Origin: Octopus vulgaris
Lineage: Eukaryota
Length of the DNA stretch: 64,000 bases
NCBI GenBank assembly: GCA_951406725.2
Contig: OX597830.1
Span: 46,562,001 to 46,626,000 of the forward strand
Reading direction: 5' to 3'
Positions 1 to 13,514 of this stretch are shown piece after piece. Position numbers and translations under genes: made by a program. The notes under the pieces are model-generated. The model ran no database searches, was not told the DNA's origin, and was given only the letters and a program-made list of their open reading frames with translations. Positions within the stretch are counted from its first letter, which is position 1; each line of letters opens with the position of its first letter.

Positions 1-280
1 AATGTCAGTGTGCATATTCGACAGAGTGTAAGCATCTTGAGAGAAAAGTTAGGCATAAGAGGAATCAGATGTGGTATGAAGAGAGATGACTTTGCTGGTA
101 TGGTCATATAATGCATATGGATGAGGACACCTGTGTAAAGCAGTGCCAATCCCTAACTGTAGAGGTAACCTGTGGTAGAGGCAGACCCAGGAAGACATGG
201 GACGAAGTGGTGAAGCATGATCTTCGAACTTTGAGCCTCACAGAGACAATGACTGGTGATGATGATGATGATGATGATGT
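1..280 (+). mobile_element. RTE-type LINE 3' fragment
   Basis: [19 protein letters not shown]-terminus, same family as the element at 17625-19680; (ATG)n tail. Confidence 0.85.
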
Positions 281-583
281 TAGACAAGAAAGCAGTTTTA
301 ATTGCTTACACAGACGTTTTCTTTTTCAAAAATTTATATAATAGAATGTATTAAATTTATATAATTGCAACAAATTTTTTCCTCTAAACATAATTATAAT
401 GATCAAAGCGAATATAAAGAATATAAGGATAGAATTCAATTGATAAGATTACATTTAATATAACCTAGAAACACTTGAAGCAATAATAACGATAATTTAG
501 AAGAATTTAAAATACAACAGACCATTTCTTTTTAATAATCACGTGGTTCTTACTGTTTAGTAATTATTCATTTCTACTATTAA

Positions 584-804
584 CCCTTTCGTTACCAACC
601 CGGCCAAAACCGGCTCTGGCTCTGTAATACAAATGTCTTGTTTTCATAAGTTTTGAATTAAAATCTCCTACCAAACCTTAGTCACAATTTATGATCCTAA
701 CACTAGCTGAATGATAACTAAGTTATTTTACTAAATTCTTTGTTATATTTAAAATAACTGAAAGAAACACAGAGCATCTCAAAATGAATACGGTAACGAA
801 AGGG
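584..804. mobile_element. piggyBac-type MITE
   Basis: TTAA|CCCTTTCGTTACC ... GGTAACGAAAGGG|TTAA: perfect 13-bp TIRs with TTAA TSD. Confidence 0.85.
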
Positions 805-1228
805 TTAATAACCTTCACACATTTAAATAATATAATCAACTCTGAAATCCATGAAAAAGCCTTGTGACTATAAACTATGTAGAATCAATCAAAAATAAGT
901 ATTCTCTTAGTAACCACCCTCCGCCAAGCCAAGAATATTTGCTACCTTCAACAAACATCGATGCTGCTGCTACTGAATTTTACCCAAAATAAACAGTTGG
1001 GAGGAACGTCTCATGGAAGAATCTTGTGGTCTACTACCACTAACAAGCCTAATTCCAACTAATGGCAGAGGAAAATTCCTTTTCGAACAATGTCATTTTT
1101 ATATGCCCTGAAGAGATCGTACTAATAATGCATAAATTGCTGCATATGAAAATGCAACAATGTGCAGTTGGTGAGATTGAAAAACATGTTGGAATTTTAT
1201 GAAGAATAAACTAACTGTACACAAATTC

Positions 1229-1450
1229 CTATTTCTTTACTACTCACAAGGGGCTAAACATAGAGGGGACAAACAAGGACAGACAAAGGGATTAAGTCGA
1301 TTACATTGACTCCAGTATGCAACTGGTACTTAATTTATCGACCCCGAAAGGATGAAAGGCGAAGTGGACCTCGGCGGAATTTGAACTCAGAACGAAATAC
1401 CACAAAGCATTTCGCCCGGCTTGCTAACAATTCTGCCAGCTCGCCGCCTT
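1229..1450 (-). mobile_element. tRNA-derived SINE (octopus OK-like family)
   Basis: A/B-box head (aaggcggcgagctggcagaa...gagttcaaattcc), core gcctttcatcctttcggggtcgataaa; TSD tgtacacaaattc at 1216-1228 and 1451-1463. Confidence 0.85.
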
Positions 1451-2126
1451 TGTACACAAATTCTTCAATCTCCTTATTATCAATATTGTACTTTACATTC
1501 TAAATAGCAAAGAAATATACTGTAACATCAGATGTGAGTTAAATGAAGATTACTGAAAAAACATGGCATTTTACATAGAGAAATTCGGTATCTGCCAGGA
1601 TATTATATCCTTCCTCTTATTACATATATATGTGTGTGTTTGGAGGGATATATTATCTGGTAGGATACTGTGGTGACTTTCAGTTAAGTTCCAGGTTATG
1701 GCTAACACATTGATCAGTATTTACCGTCTTTGACTACTATTAGTTGTCAGTCACTCTGTAAATTCTTCCGATGGATAATTCCGTGTTCGCTTCTCTGGAC
1801 AATAATATTGTCTGGAGTATATATTAGCAATAACTGTAATGATGTAGATAAAACATGGAGACTTGCTCATCGTCAAAATTTATTTCCTTTTATTTAATAC
1901 AGCATATTATTATGGTCTTTATGACCTGCATGAGTTTCCACTGCACAGATTATGGCCAGTTGCAGATGCAGCCTGGCACAACATTCGGTGTAGTTTCTTT
2001 ATGGTTGATCCATTTGGCTAGTTTCGGAGTGGTGCAGTGGAAAGACCATAATAATATGCTGTATAAAATTGTAAAACAAGAAGAAATATATTCTGAGGAT
2101 GAATAAGTCTCTATATTGCATATTGC

Positions 2127-2191
<65 letters not shown>

Positions 2192-2254
2192 TCATCATCA
2201 TCATCATCATCATCGTTTAACGGACGCTAAACGATGATGATGATGATAATGATA

Positions 2255-2342
<88 letters not shown>

Positions 2343-2345
<3 letters not shown>

Positions 2346-2575
2346 AAGGCTGGTTTATAGGATTACTCTGGGTTTTCCGCCCATAAAGTGTTTAGCTTTA
2401 TGGCGTATCGTCAGACCCCCCAAAACCCTGTTGGCCTATGACCTCTTCAAATAAACCCTTTATGGACGGGAAACCCAGGATAATCTCATAAACCGGCCTT
2501 CTCCATTAAAAATATACTCTGGTCTACATCTTATAGTGTATTTCCTCTTCAGATTTATGTTTTCTACTAACGATA
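2343..2575. mobile_element. Penelope-like terminal fragment with inverted arm and degenerate hammerhead
   Basis: Inverted arms about 2343-2388 and 2458-2504; minus strand 2360-2418 reads gggt-CTGACGA-long stem II-GAAA-acccagagt-a-atcc; lies within (AT)n. Confidence 0.6.
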
Positions 2576-2583
2576 TGTATATA

Positions 2584-2638
<55 letters not shown>

Positions 2639-3774
2639 TTTGGGTATGGTAGATGAGTTCAGCAAAAATTTAGATTCAGATGAATATGGTAAGAGGATTA
2701 AAATCAAAATAAGCAACAAGGATATCCAGAGGTAATGCAGTATGATTGTTTCATGCAGCTCCATTTAATTGAACAATGCAATCATTACATCAATTTAAAA
2801 TGCAGAGCAATCCTCAGCTGCACAAAGACATAGAATTTAATTAAATTAGAACAGATGGACACATTAGTATAATTATACCTAAAATCTCCAAGAAGTTAAG
2901 GAGATAGACAAAGAACATGTTGTCTCCACTTCAGGATAGAAGACTCTGCCTGTCACTGGCTTTATTTGTTTTTATGGGGTCAGTTTTAATTTATAGACTA
3001 GTTTATCAAATCCTTGTATATCTAAGGCTGAAAGAATAGGGGTAGGGCTGAGGGAGCAGACAGAAATCATAATTGGTATAGACATAAAAGTCAAGATTTA
3101 TTAGTAGCAATATCATGAGGTTTGGTAAAGGAAAACTTGTTGCTTATGTTGATTATATATATATATATATAATGAGAGAGAGAGAGAGAGAGAGGGAGGG
3201 ACTCTATGATCAGATTTCAATTGATCTAAGAAATGCAACTCATTTAGTTTGCCTCCAAATAAGCATAGTTGTTTCCCCTGAGTCTTTACCAAGTCTCCAG
3301 TGTGCGAAACTAATTTAAGTTGGAAACGATGTGAAATAAGAAATTGAAAGGTAAACAAAAGAAAACGTTAGGACGAGAAACGACACGATGAGGATGTTAT
3401 TAGCTACGATTTTTGAATCAGATCAAGAGACAACAGAAACTGAGCCACGTACGAAGTAAAGGGGTCCAGAATTTGATTCGGTGTTGATTACTGATGGGAA
3501 ATGGTTTATAATAATAATGATAATAATAATAATAATGAAATTATTGTATACAGTGCTCAGGTGCACCACAACTTGTCAGAAAGTGCGTATAGAGTATATG
3601 CAGTAATGTACAAATGTCTGTTTATCCTATACAGGGGCCGCATTTGTAACTTTCCTATTCATCCAACTTTATCCTGTGACGGTTCGAGGGATCCTGAGAA
3701 TTTAAATTGGAATTTAGCGAAATAAAAGATGTTTTAGGCACAATTCATTCCTTGTATTATCATTATTATTATTA

Positions 3775-3835
<61 letters not shown>

Positions 3836-3837
3836 CA

Positions 3838-4397
3838 TTGAGCGAGAGAGCAGTGCATGCCATCAAAGTGACACTGGGGTAAAATATACAGAGCCCAGTA
3901 TACCCATCATGACTACCCGTCTGATAAGGGTACACCAGGCACATGCATCACAACCATATGAGCGCGACATGGTGATCTCATATCAAGATAAACAGCACAT
4001 GACCTTGCAGGCGGGGCCCAGTTAGAATTTTCTTCTGGTCGAGTAACCCATTCCACTCAAAAGGTCCCTGAACAAGGGTTGTTTAAGGATGTTGAACGAA
4101 ACACCCAAGTTTCCAGAGGTGAATTATTCAAACCCCAAAGAATTCCTCTCAATACATGGCTATCATGCTCCCCCACTACTTCTGCTCGTGATCAGAGATG
4201 CACGTATCGTCAGCCACTAAGGGACATGCTCAACTGGTTAAGGTCAAACAACTGACAAGCAAATCTGTGGTATTGAGCAGAATATTTGCTGTAGCCCATC
4301 TTTTACACCAAAACAAAACAATGTACATGATAACACTTCCAATCAATTAAGATCAGAAGCCATGAGAACCACTCTCTAGTACTGCATCAGGGCATTT
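3838..4397. mobile_element. Interspersed repeat inserted in a (TTA)n microsatellite
   Basis: Flanked on both sides by (TTA)n; a partial inverted copy lies at 4743-5015. Confidence 0.7.
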
Positions 4398-4401
4398 ATT
4401 A

Positions 4402-4497
<96 letters not shown>

Positions 4498-5260
4498 TTT
4501 TTTTTTACTTCATGTTAGTCATTATGACTGTTCTTCCTTCCATGCACAAATCACGTCTTTTTGTGCTGTTGAATGGAGTTTGACACTTTCTAGGATCTTC
4601 CATTTAACATCAGAATCAGTGGTGCCTTCTTTCAAGTGCCACCTGTCCTTTCACAAAATTGTTCTGTTCTCTCTATGAACAGAACAAGATGAAATATGAC
4701 TAAAAGAATGTTATTTGTGCATTTGTCCTCTCTTAATCCATAAATGCAGTACCAGGCAGTGGCTCTCATGGCTTCTGATCTTAACTGATTGGAAGTGTTA
4801 TCATGTACATTGTTTTGTCTTGGTATAAAAGATGGGCTACAGCAAATATTCTGCTCAATACCACAGATTTTCTTGTCAGTTGTTTGACTTTAACCAGTTG
4901 AGCATGTCCCTTAGTGGCTGACGATATGTGCATCTCTGATCATGAGCAGAAGTAGTGGGGGAGCATCATAGCTATGTGTTAAGAGGGATTCTTTGGGGTT
5001 TGAATAATTCACCTATGTTGCTTAATATTATAAGGTTAGTCCACTGCCATAGTGCTTTGCCTTAAAGCCTGTTCATTTGATCTTCTTTTATTATAATCGT
5101 TCTGTATGAAGTCTGCGTAGACTAACAGAATTCCCCGTATAACCAGAAGAAGGAGAATTCCTGCTGTATGATACCGTATGGCAGTTGGGACTGTAGAGGA
5201 ACTTTATAAGGCACGCTATAAGGTTATCACCCAGATGATATCATATAATATGCATATATA

Positions 5261-5485
5261 TATATTAGCCACCTAAATGTGGCTAACCACTAAGGGTGGA
5301 TGCTACTGTAGCTTGTAGTCCCAGGAGAACATCTTCTCCAGTTGGCTATTGACACACTTTCTGTGACAGACAGACAGACAGACAGAAAGTGTATCAATAG
5401 CCAGCTGGGGACGACGTTCTCCTGGGGATACAAGCTACAGTAGCATCCACCCTTAGTGGTTAGCCACATTTAAGTGGCAAATATA
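5261..5485. mobile_element. Fold-back MITE (arms of about 100 bp, (GACA)n loop)
   Basis: tatattagccac... / ...gtggcaaatata near-perfect inverted arms; shares cccaggaga..catc.tctccag.tggcta with the element at 58768. Confidence 0.8.
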
Positions 5486-5981
5486 CTTCACTTTGTCGTG
5501 CAGCTACTGTTTATACCTCGTTCAGAGATTTATTATATATACATATACATCTACATAAATGTGTTTTTATGTCAGTGTTGTCCTCCCTGCCACCACTTGA
5601 CAACCGGTGTTGGTTTGTTTATGTCCCTGTAACTTATGGTTTGGCAAAAGAGATTGCAGAATAAATACCATTCTTGATTTAAAAAAAAAACAACCCAAAA
5701 TCCAAGTATTGGGGTTCGATTTGTTTGACTAAAATCTTTCAACACGGTGCCCCAGCTTGGCCACAGCTCAATGGCTGAAACTATTCTAAATTGAAGAGTT
5801 TCATGTTGTGATTGGGAATTGGGAAATGTTTATCCATTGAAAATAAGAAATGTTTGGCAAAGTAAGTTGTAACATTTAATGGAAAAGGTGTCCAAGCCAT
5901 TTCCTGTGGTCTGTTGTTGGTGTGGAATGGCAGCGGATGACGATGAGAATAAATTTTTCTTCAAATCCATCATTTATTAAA

Positions 5982-6750
5982 ATAATGACCTACTAACTCA
6001 TACCAGCATGGAAAAAACAGATGTAAAATGATGATGATGATCATAATCCTCATCATTTAACGTCCGTTTTCCATGCTAGCATGGGTTGGATGGTTCTACC
6101 AGGTCTGGGAAGCCAGGAGACTGCACCAGGCTCCAGTCTGATCTGGCAGAGTTTCTACAGCTGAGTGCCCTTCCTAAAGCCAACCACTCTGAGAGTGTAG
6201 TGGGTGCTTTTACGTACCACCGGCACGAGGGCCAGTCAGGCAGTACTGGCGATGGCCATGCTCAAGAGGTGTTTGTTACGTGCCACCTGCACAGGAGCCA
6301 GTCCAGTGGCACTGGCAATGACCTCGCACGAATGTTTTTCATGTGTCACCAGCACAAGTGCCAGTAAGGTGATGCTGGTAACGATCACGTTTGAATGGTG
6401 CTTTTTACGTGCCACCGGCATGGAAGTCAGTCAGTGATCACGCTCAGATGGTGCTCTTAGCGCTCCACTGGCAGGGATGCCAGTCATCGAATTTGCAAAT
6501 TTGATTTGATTTCGATTTTAACAGGTCTTCACAAGCAGAGTTTAGTGTTCAATGAAGGAAAGGTACATATAAGTGGGCTGGTTACACCCCCTGGCATAAG
6601 CCACAGGTTATGATCTCACTTGGCTTGCCTGGTCTTCTCACGCACTGCATATTTCCAAAGGTCTTGGTCACTAGTCACAGCCTCAGTGAGGCCTAATGTT
6701 CGAAGGTCATGCTTCACCACCTCATCCCAGGTCTACCTCTTCTACAGGTG
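5982..6750 (-). mobile_element. RTE-type LINE 3' fragment with abutting inverted RTE tail
   Basis: catcatttaacgtccgttttccatgctagcatggg terminus, 3'UTR tandem units, ORF-end remnant at 6620-6750. Confidence 0.85.
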
Positions 6751-8222
6751 TCCAAGTCAGCAATTCTCAAATTGCCTAATGCTACCCCAATCCCATACAA
6801 TATTTTGGTGTCATCCACCACTTTACTGATAAGGAAACAAAATACAAATCACAGTCAAAAAATTATTCTTTCTTCACCAAGATTTTGGAGAAGTTTAAAC
6901 AGTTGAAGCCCATCTTGATTTTTTCAAGAATGGCAATTTCTCCCTGCACATTTTTTAATCCTTGCAACCCCTACAAATGATTCTCATATTGGGGTACTGA
7001 CCTTCCTCACCATTCCATATGACTAAACTGGAAACATTAGTTCAAGGAATCATCAAGCTGAACAATCAAGTTCTCCCACCCAAAAGGTAATGATTTCAAA
7101 TCCTTTTCACTGCATTGTATCCAACTTCTGTTCAGGGTTTATCTTTCTATTTAACCTCTTCATGAAATATCAGTAGAATATTTCCTGTAATGGAAATTGA
7201 ATCATGCATTCATCAATTTTACAGTGCTGCCACTGTTTATGTTTGGGATATTGACTTTCAGTATATGCTTAGAGTGAGATGGACTGTGCTTTTTAGTATT
7301 AAATATCTTGTGTGCAAACACAAAAGCAGAGATATGGAACTGCCAAGCCTTTGATGCTGTTGTCTGTCATTCTTTTCTCTCAATCATTTGGGATCCTTTT
7401 TAATGCTTTAATAGTTGTTTGGTCCCAAGTCAAGCCTGATCAAACAGACCTATGATTAAAAGCATTCCAGCCATGATCATCCCATTTTTTTTCTAGGTAT
7501 GTTATACACCTGATCAGGGTTTGTAAGAGCAGGTTTCATTGAATATATTGATCTGTGCTCTGAGAAGCCAAAGAGAGACCCATGTATATGTGATGGGCCC
7601 TTCTAAAACAAATAAATGAATAAATAAACCCTCACAACAGCCCCTCCAACATTGCAAGGAGCCCCATATCCCTGGGACCCAAACACAGTCTTGTTCCAGC
7701 TTTCAAAATTTCTCTTGAAGGTCCTGTGGCAGTGAACCCTAAGTTCCTCTCTTGTGAGGAATGCATCTCTTAGTTTATTTTGCTGTTAGCTTGAAGATCA
7801 GGAAGATTAGAAAACAAATGGCATTGAAGAATTTGGTGTGGATGCTAAAAGAGATTCCACAACCACCATCGTCAAAATGATGTTGATTCAGAGAGGGAAA
7901 AGATGACAAAACTATGGTAAAGAGTTGGGTGCAAGAGACCATTACCCGGGATGAAAATGGTGGTGGTTGATGGGAGGGGGGGGGGAAGGATATGTAGGGG
8001 TGTTTTTATATCCTTTATCTTTTACTAGTTTCAGTCATTAGACTGTGGCCATGCTGGGGCACCACCTTGAAGAATTTTTAGTTGAATGAACTGACCCAGG
8101 ACTTTTTTTTAAAACCTGATACTTATTCTATTGCTCTCTTTTTGCTGAACCGCTAAGTTACATGCCCAACATGTTGCACAATGGGATTGAACCTGCAACT
8201 ATAGGGTTGTAAAGCAAGCTTC

Positions 8223-8423
8223 TTAACTCTTTAGCATTTAAGTTGGCCAAAATATTCCACTTGTTTTATTTTCAAACCAGTCATATTTGGCCTCTCACAC
8301 CTGCCCTACAATGTTGTTCTAAAAATAAACTATCACATCATTGAAACCATGAAGTTGCATGATTAATTCAAAACAATGTGAATAAATAAAGATTACATTT
8401 GATGGATTAATCTGAGTGCTAAG
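8223..8423. mobile_element. Diverged copy of the piggyBac-type MITE at 38365
   Basis: Aligns by eye to the reverse complement of 38365-38571. Confidence 0.6.
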
Positions 8424-9069
8424 CCACAGAGCGACTGACCCTGTTCTGTGGAAATAAACATAATCCCCGGGGAAACAGACCCTGTAGAGTAAGGGAGCCA
8501 GGTAGCAATGTGGCAAAAGCTATAAAGAGCTGAGAGACAGGTCTTGAAAGGATGAAGGGCATCAAGGAGCAATACTAAGAAGTTGTCCCTGAAAGGATGA
8601 AGGGAAAGTCAACCACTGACTTACCCAACTCCCTCGAACTTGCTGGCTTGGTGCCAAAATTTGAAACCAAATACCAAAAAGTTATATAGGAAGCGAGAGC
8701 TATCAGAGTTTATTTAGCCGAGAAATAGGATGAGAAGTGAAAATGGAAAGGGTGAGAGTAGGTCAGACGTGTTTATATGAAGCAGCCTGTTATTGAGGAC
8801 AGCTGTGTCTGACGTAACAGAAGGACATTGCCCTCAATGACAGAAGTATGGAAATGTCATTATCAAGGATTGAGTGAGGAATATTAATAGAATGGATTGT
8901 TATTTAGATTGTGTAAAAGGGGCCATTGAAATGTTTTATGTACTTTTGTCTTGGGGGAATTATGAATCAGCAGATTTGGATGCCGTCTATTGTAATGGGA
9001 GTTTTACACACACATGCACACACACACACACACACGCATGCACGCACATCCTTCAATAAAGGTGTCTTG

Positions 9070-11438
9070 TCTTGTTAAGGGCACCTGTCCATATGGTATA
9101 ACAGGAAAAAAACTGCTCTCACCCCCACCCCAAATACTGTCCTAATACAGAGTCCATGACCCTGATCCTAAATATGGATGCATAAAAGGCAATGGATGCA
9201 CCTTCTTCCATTCTAAACTGTGCCAAACTTCTGTGTCACTAAGGATGTGCCTGAACCCAGAATGTAACCACCACCATCTGAAGGGCATGAAATGATTGAA
9301 AAATAAATATAAACAGTGACAAAGGAGACCTACAACAATAAAACAAAATACAACCACGTTTCACTTCCTACAATCAAACAACGAAGACAGAACCATGAAA
9401 AAACCATAACACCAAATAACATAAACATAAACTATGTATCCTCTGACAAAGTGGCAAACCAAAGAGGCAACTCTTTTTTACTGACTTACCTAGAAAATAT
9501 GAAGGCCGTCCTAAGCCAGGAGATCCAACGAGCTATCAGCAACCATTTATGCGAATCACAAGGACCACACACCCACCCACTACCAACAAGAAAATCACAC
9601 ACACACAGCTCCATACAAAGCCTACCCACATTGTTACCATTGAACAACATAAAACATAACTTAGAACAATGCAAACATCAAACTACCGTTACCTTGACAT
9701 TCCTGTTAAATGTACGTGGCATCAACCCATCAATCATTGCCCAAAAATGGAAGATCCCATATATAGAGAGTTGGCTTGCTGAAACGGCACATTGCTTCCC
9801 TTTCTTTATCCTTACTGAAACTCACCTAAACAGCACACATATGGATGCCGAGGTGAAAATAAAAGATTTCACCACTGTCCATGCAGATTGCACAGACCGA
9901 AATAAAGGAGGGACAGCCATCTATCTCCATGACTCCTTTTCAGTTGATGCCAAGGACATATTTTCCAATGGCTATTGTGAATCTATATCACTATTCAACA
10001 AGGCCAAAGACATAATCATTGTTGGTCTTTACAGGTCTCCCCAAGCACCTCTAAAGTGCTTTGAAGAGTGCCTCAACAAAATCAAATTCTTCCTTCAAAA
10101 ATACAACTCCGGAAACTTACTAGTGATGGGTGTTTTAATCTCCTTCATATAAACTGGTCCACAAATACTCTGAAGTTAGGCAAATGCCCTACATCAGATA
10201 AAGCAGCAGCAGAATTACTCTTTAATCTAATGGATAAATTCTTCCTGACTCAGCTAGTGCTCGAACCAACAAGACAAAATAAAACGATCTTGGATCTAAT
10301 ATTAACCAACCACTCTAGCTCCGTTCACAGTATTTCAGTTGAAAAAACTCTCCTCTCAGACCACGACATGGTACCTTGCAATTTTAATTCCTGACATATA
10401 AAAACCAAACCAGCCAATCCCACTCCATGGCACTCATTTGACAACATAAACTTCCACAAAGCGGACTGGGGAGCAATCAGAAAGGGTCTGTCTTTCATCT
10501 ACTGGTCTTTTACTCTCAATTCTACCCAAATTGAGACCACATGGCAGCACTCACCTATACATGCTCTAAACATGCTCCTACGAAATATACTAACACAAAC
10601 AGAAACCGGCTCCCTAAAAAGAAAAAAACACTCATCAGGCGCATCAAAAGACTCAATAAAAAATTCAACCAATTAAAATATTCCCACATACAAAATCCAC
10701 ATTCAACAACAATGAAAAGGGTGGAGTTGGAAAAACTTCATCTGCAGATCGACATAAAAACCTCCATTGAAAATCAAAGTGCTGTGGAGGAACAGTGGGT
10801 AATCAAAAACATCAAACAGAACCCAAAAGTGTTCTATTCTTATGAAAATAAGTATAGAACCACTGTCTCACCCATTGGGCCATTGATTGATGATAATGGT
10901 ATTCCCCAACACACTGCTAAAGAAATGGCAGAAATACTGCAGAAACAATACTGCTCTGTCTTTAGTGTTCCTACTGATATTGACGTAAGAGAAGCGAACA
11001 AAGTTGATTCCCAACATAAAATCTCAGACATAACCTTCACTGCCTCTGACATCATAGCAGCAATAAATGAGGTCAAATACTATTCTGCTGTAGACCCTGA
11101 TAGATTCCCCACTAGTCTCCTGAAGGAATGTAGACACCAACTTGCAGTCCCTCTGACCAACCGCTGGAGAATTTCTTTAGACTCAGGTTATATACCAAAA
11201 TAGCTTCTATCCCAGTCTGTCATCCAGGTTTTCAAACTGGGAAACAGATCCCTCGCTGTCAACTATCGCCCAGTCTCACTCACCTCCCACATCATTAAAA
11301 TGTTTGAACGAGTGGTAAGATCAAAGATAGCTGATTTCCTGGAGACCCACAAACTCCTAAATGCAAATCAGTATGGCTTTCGCTGTGGCAGGGACTGCCT
11401 AACACAGCTCTTACACCACTTTGAAGATATACTTAAAG
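9070..11438 (+). mobile_element. Decayed CR1/Jockey-group LINE (Cys/His ORF1 remnant, APE endonuclease, RT N-terminus)
   Basis: LNVRG, LTETHL, GGTAIY, LYRSP, PTRQNKTILDLILTN, SDH, NPKVFYSY, NYRPVSLTSHIIKMFER, QYGFRCGRDC; frameshifts; 3' truncated. Confidence 0.9.
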
Positions 11439-12289
11439 CCCATGCCAGCATGGAAGACAGACATTAAACGATGAAGATGATGATGATAATGATAATGACA
11501 TATAGGAAAATTGAATAAGGAGATGAATTCTTGGGATGTTGTTAAACCATTTATATTTTGAATTCTTCTTCTTCTACACACACACACATACATGTGTGTA
11601 TCCATATATTTGTGTGTCTATCTATTTGTCTGTCTGCCTGCTTGTCTGTCTGTTTATCTATATAGTTCATATTACTCTTGAACACTACTTGTAGAATGGA
11701 ACCCAATACAACCTGTGATATGGTCAAGTTGTCAATGGCTGAAGCAGCAACCCCACCAAGCTCACTTGTGAGGAGGGTGATTATTGGACACCCTGTGGGG
11801 GCTCTTTAGACTTCTAAGACAGAGAAAATTGTGCCGTACTTCCTGACACTTGCAGAACTAGAAAGGTCAAAGTCCTTATAAATAAAACATGTGGCCTTCA
11901 TAATCATTTAGTCCTCTTTCTTTGGTTTGTCACTGGACATCAGATTTTTGGGGAGGAGGGGGTGCTGTGCATATCGGTCAAGTGTGTAGCATTGCCATTA
12001 AAGTGTACCGATATCTCTTCTTAGTTACATGGACATCATGTGCAGGTTTAATGACCTGGGAGCACACTGTCACAAATCTGAATGCAAGCAGTTCAAGGCC
12101 CATCCTAACACCACTGCATTATTGATAGAACAGTAGCATGCTTCAGTGAGAGGGTGAACAGCCCCCTCTAGAATAGTGTTACTCACCAAGAAGTCTGAAA
12201 AGGGTTAGGGTTAGGGTTAAAAAAGGTAATCCAAACAAATGCCTGTTTGACCATGAAGCTGGTCAGCAACCTACAGCTGATGGTTGATT

Positions 12290-13260
12290 CACAACAGCAG
12301 GACAATATGCAAGCAAGAAAAACAGATTGAGGGAGGGAATGTGGAATGTCAGGACACTTTTTGATGACAAAGGGTCAAGTAATCCTGAATGACCAAGCGG
12401 CATAATGGTGAAGAAGTTGGTTTAGGGAAAATATTGATGTTGCTGCATTTTCAGAAACCTAGTCGAGTGATGAAGACCAATTGACAGAAAAAGGTGCTGA
12501 ATATATTTTTTTTCTGGAAGTTTAAGCTAAAGGGTAAGGAAACATGAAAGGGGGTTGTTGGTCTTTGCCCTTCATACAGAGTTAATCCACAGACTAGAAC
12601 AACCTCATGGTTTCAGTGAAAGACTCATTTCACTGCCTTTATCATCCAATCATTTTACGACTCTCCTTTCTGCTTATGTTTCCACTCTTGGATCTATCAT
12701 GGCTTTCTACCAAGATTTTAGAACAGTCATAACTTTGATTCAAATTGCAGATCTTCCTCCTTGGTGATTTCAGCACCCATTTTGGATGTGATTGTGAGAC
12801 CTAGGATATAGTGGGGAAGCATAGTCAAGGCAAAATGATCAGTAACGATCTTTGCCCTCTTCAGCTTTGCCCTGAATTTGAGTTTGTTATTTGCAACACA
12901 GTTTTTCATCGGAAGGATGTTCATAAGATTACTTGGGTAGATCCAAGATCCAGACATATTCTTCATTACATTATCACCTTTCAAAACAAACCTTTCCAGA
13001 TGTTTGCACTGTCCAAGTGATGCAGGGTGCACAATGTGGGATGTGCCATAAGCTCAAAGACAGTAAACTGAAACTTTGCATTGTGTGTAAGATAAGATCT
13101 GGAGGAACAAAAAGATGTGTTGAAATTAAAAGAACTCTAATGTGTGTGAGAATCTGTGAAACACCATCGAGGAAATAGAATTGGATGGAACTTGGGATCA
13201 GTTTCTGATTGAGGTCTACAATGTCACAGTTGAGGTTCTTGGTCTCAGAAATAGGAACTC
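12290..13260 (+). mobile_element. Highly decayed RTE/BovB-like LINE endonuclease region
   Basis: WNVRTL, IDVAAFSET, LTEKGAEY, LLSAY, LLGDF, ICNTVF, TWVDPRS across frames. Confidence 0.7.
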
Positions 13261-13514
13261 CAATGGAGTGCCAGTTAATAATGAAGTCAAACCAAAAAGT
13301 GATATTTTGAAATCATTTAACGCATGTTTCAGGTCTGTATAAAAGGAAATGCCTCAAACACGTAAGACCATCTTCAGTTAAGTAGGTCGGGTTAGAACCC
13401 AAGCTGTGCCCTCATGAAGTGCATTTGCATATTCCAGGACTCCAAAATTGTATGGAGATGTTTTATTTGTTTAAGAGTTGAAAAATACTGGAAAATAGAT
13501 TTTTTGGGGTAATT

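Noticed and set aside
900-3500. Scattered piggyBac transposase-like peptides (GVVQWKD, GMVDEF, CAVG..CWNFY)
   Set aside because: Require several frameshifts; cannot be supported without a search.
5090-5240. Hairpin-rich stretch with hammerhead-like words (cagaagaag, ggaac)
   Set aside because: Core too degenerate to support.
7790-7916. Exon-like segment with AG/GT borders upstream of INTS3
   Set aside because: Stops in all three frames and no recognisable product.
12201-12219. (TTAGGG)3 interstitial telomeric repeat
   Set aside because: Too short to interpret.
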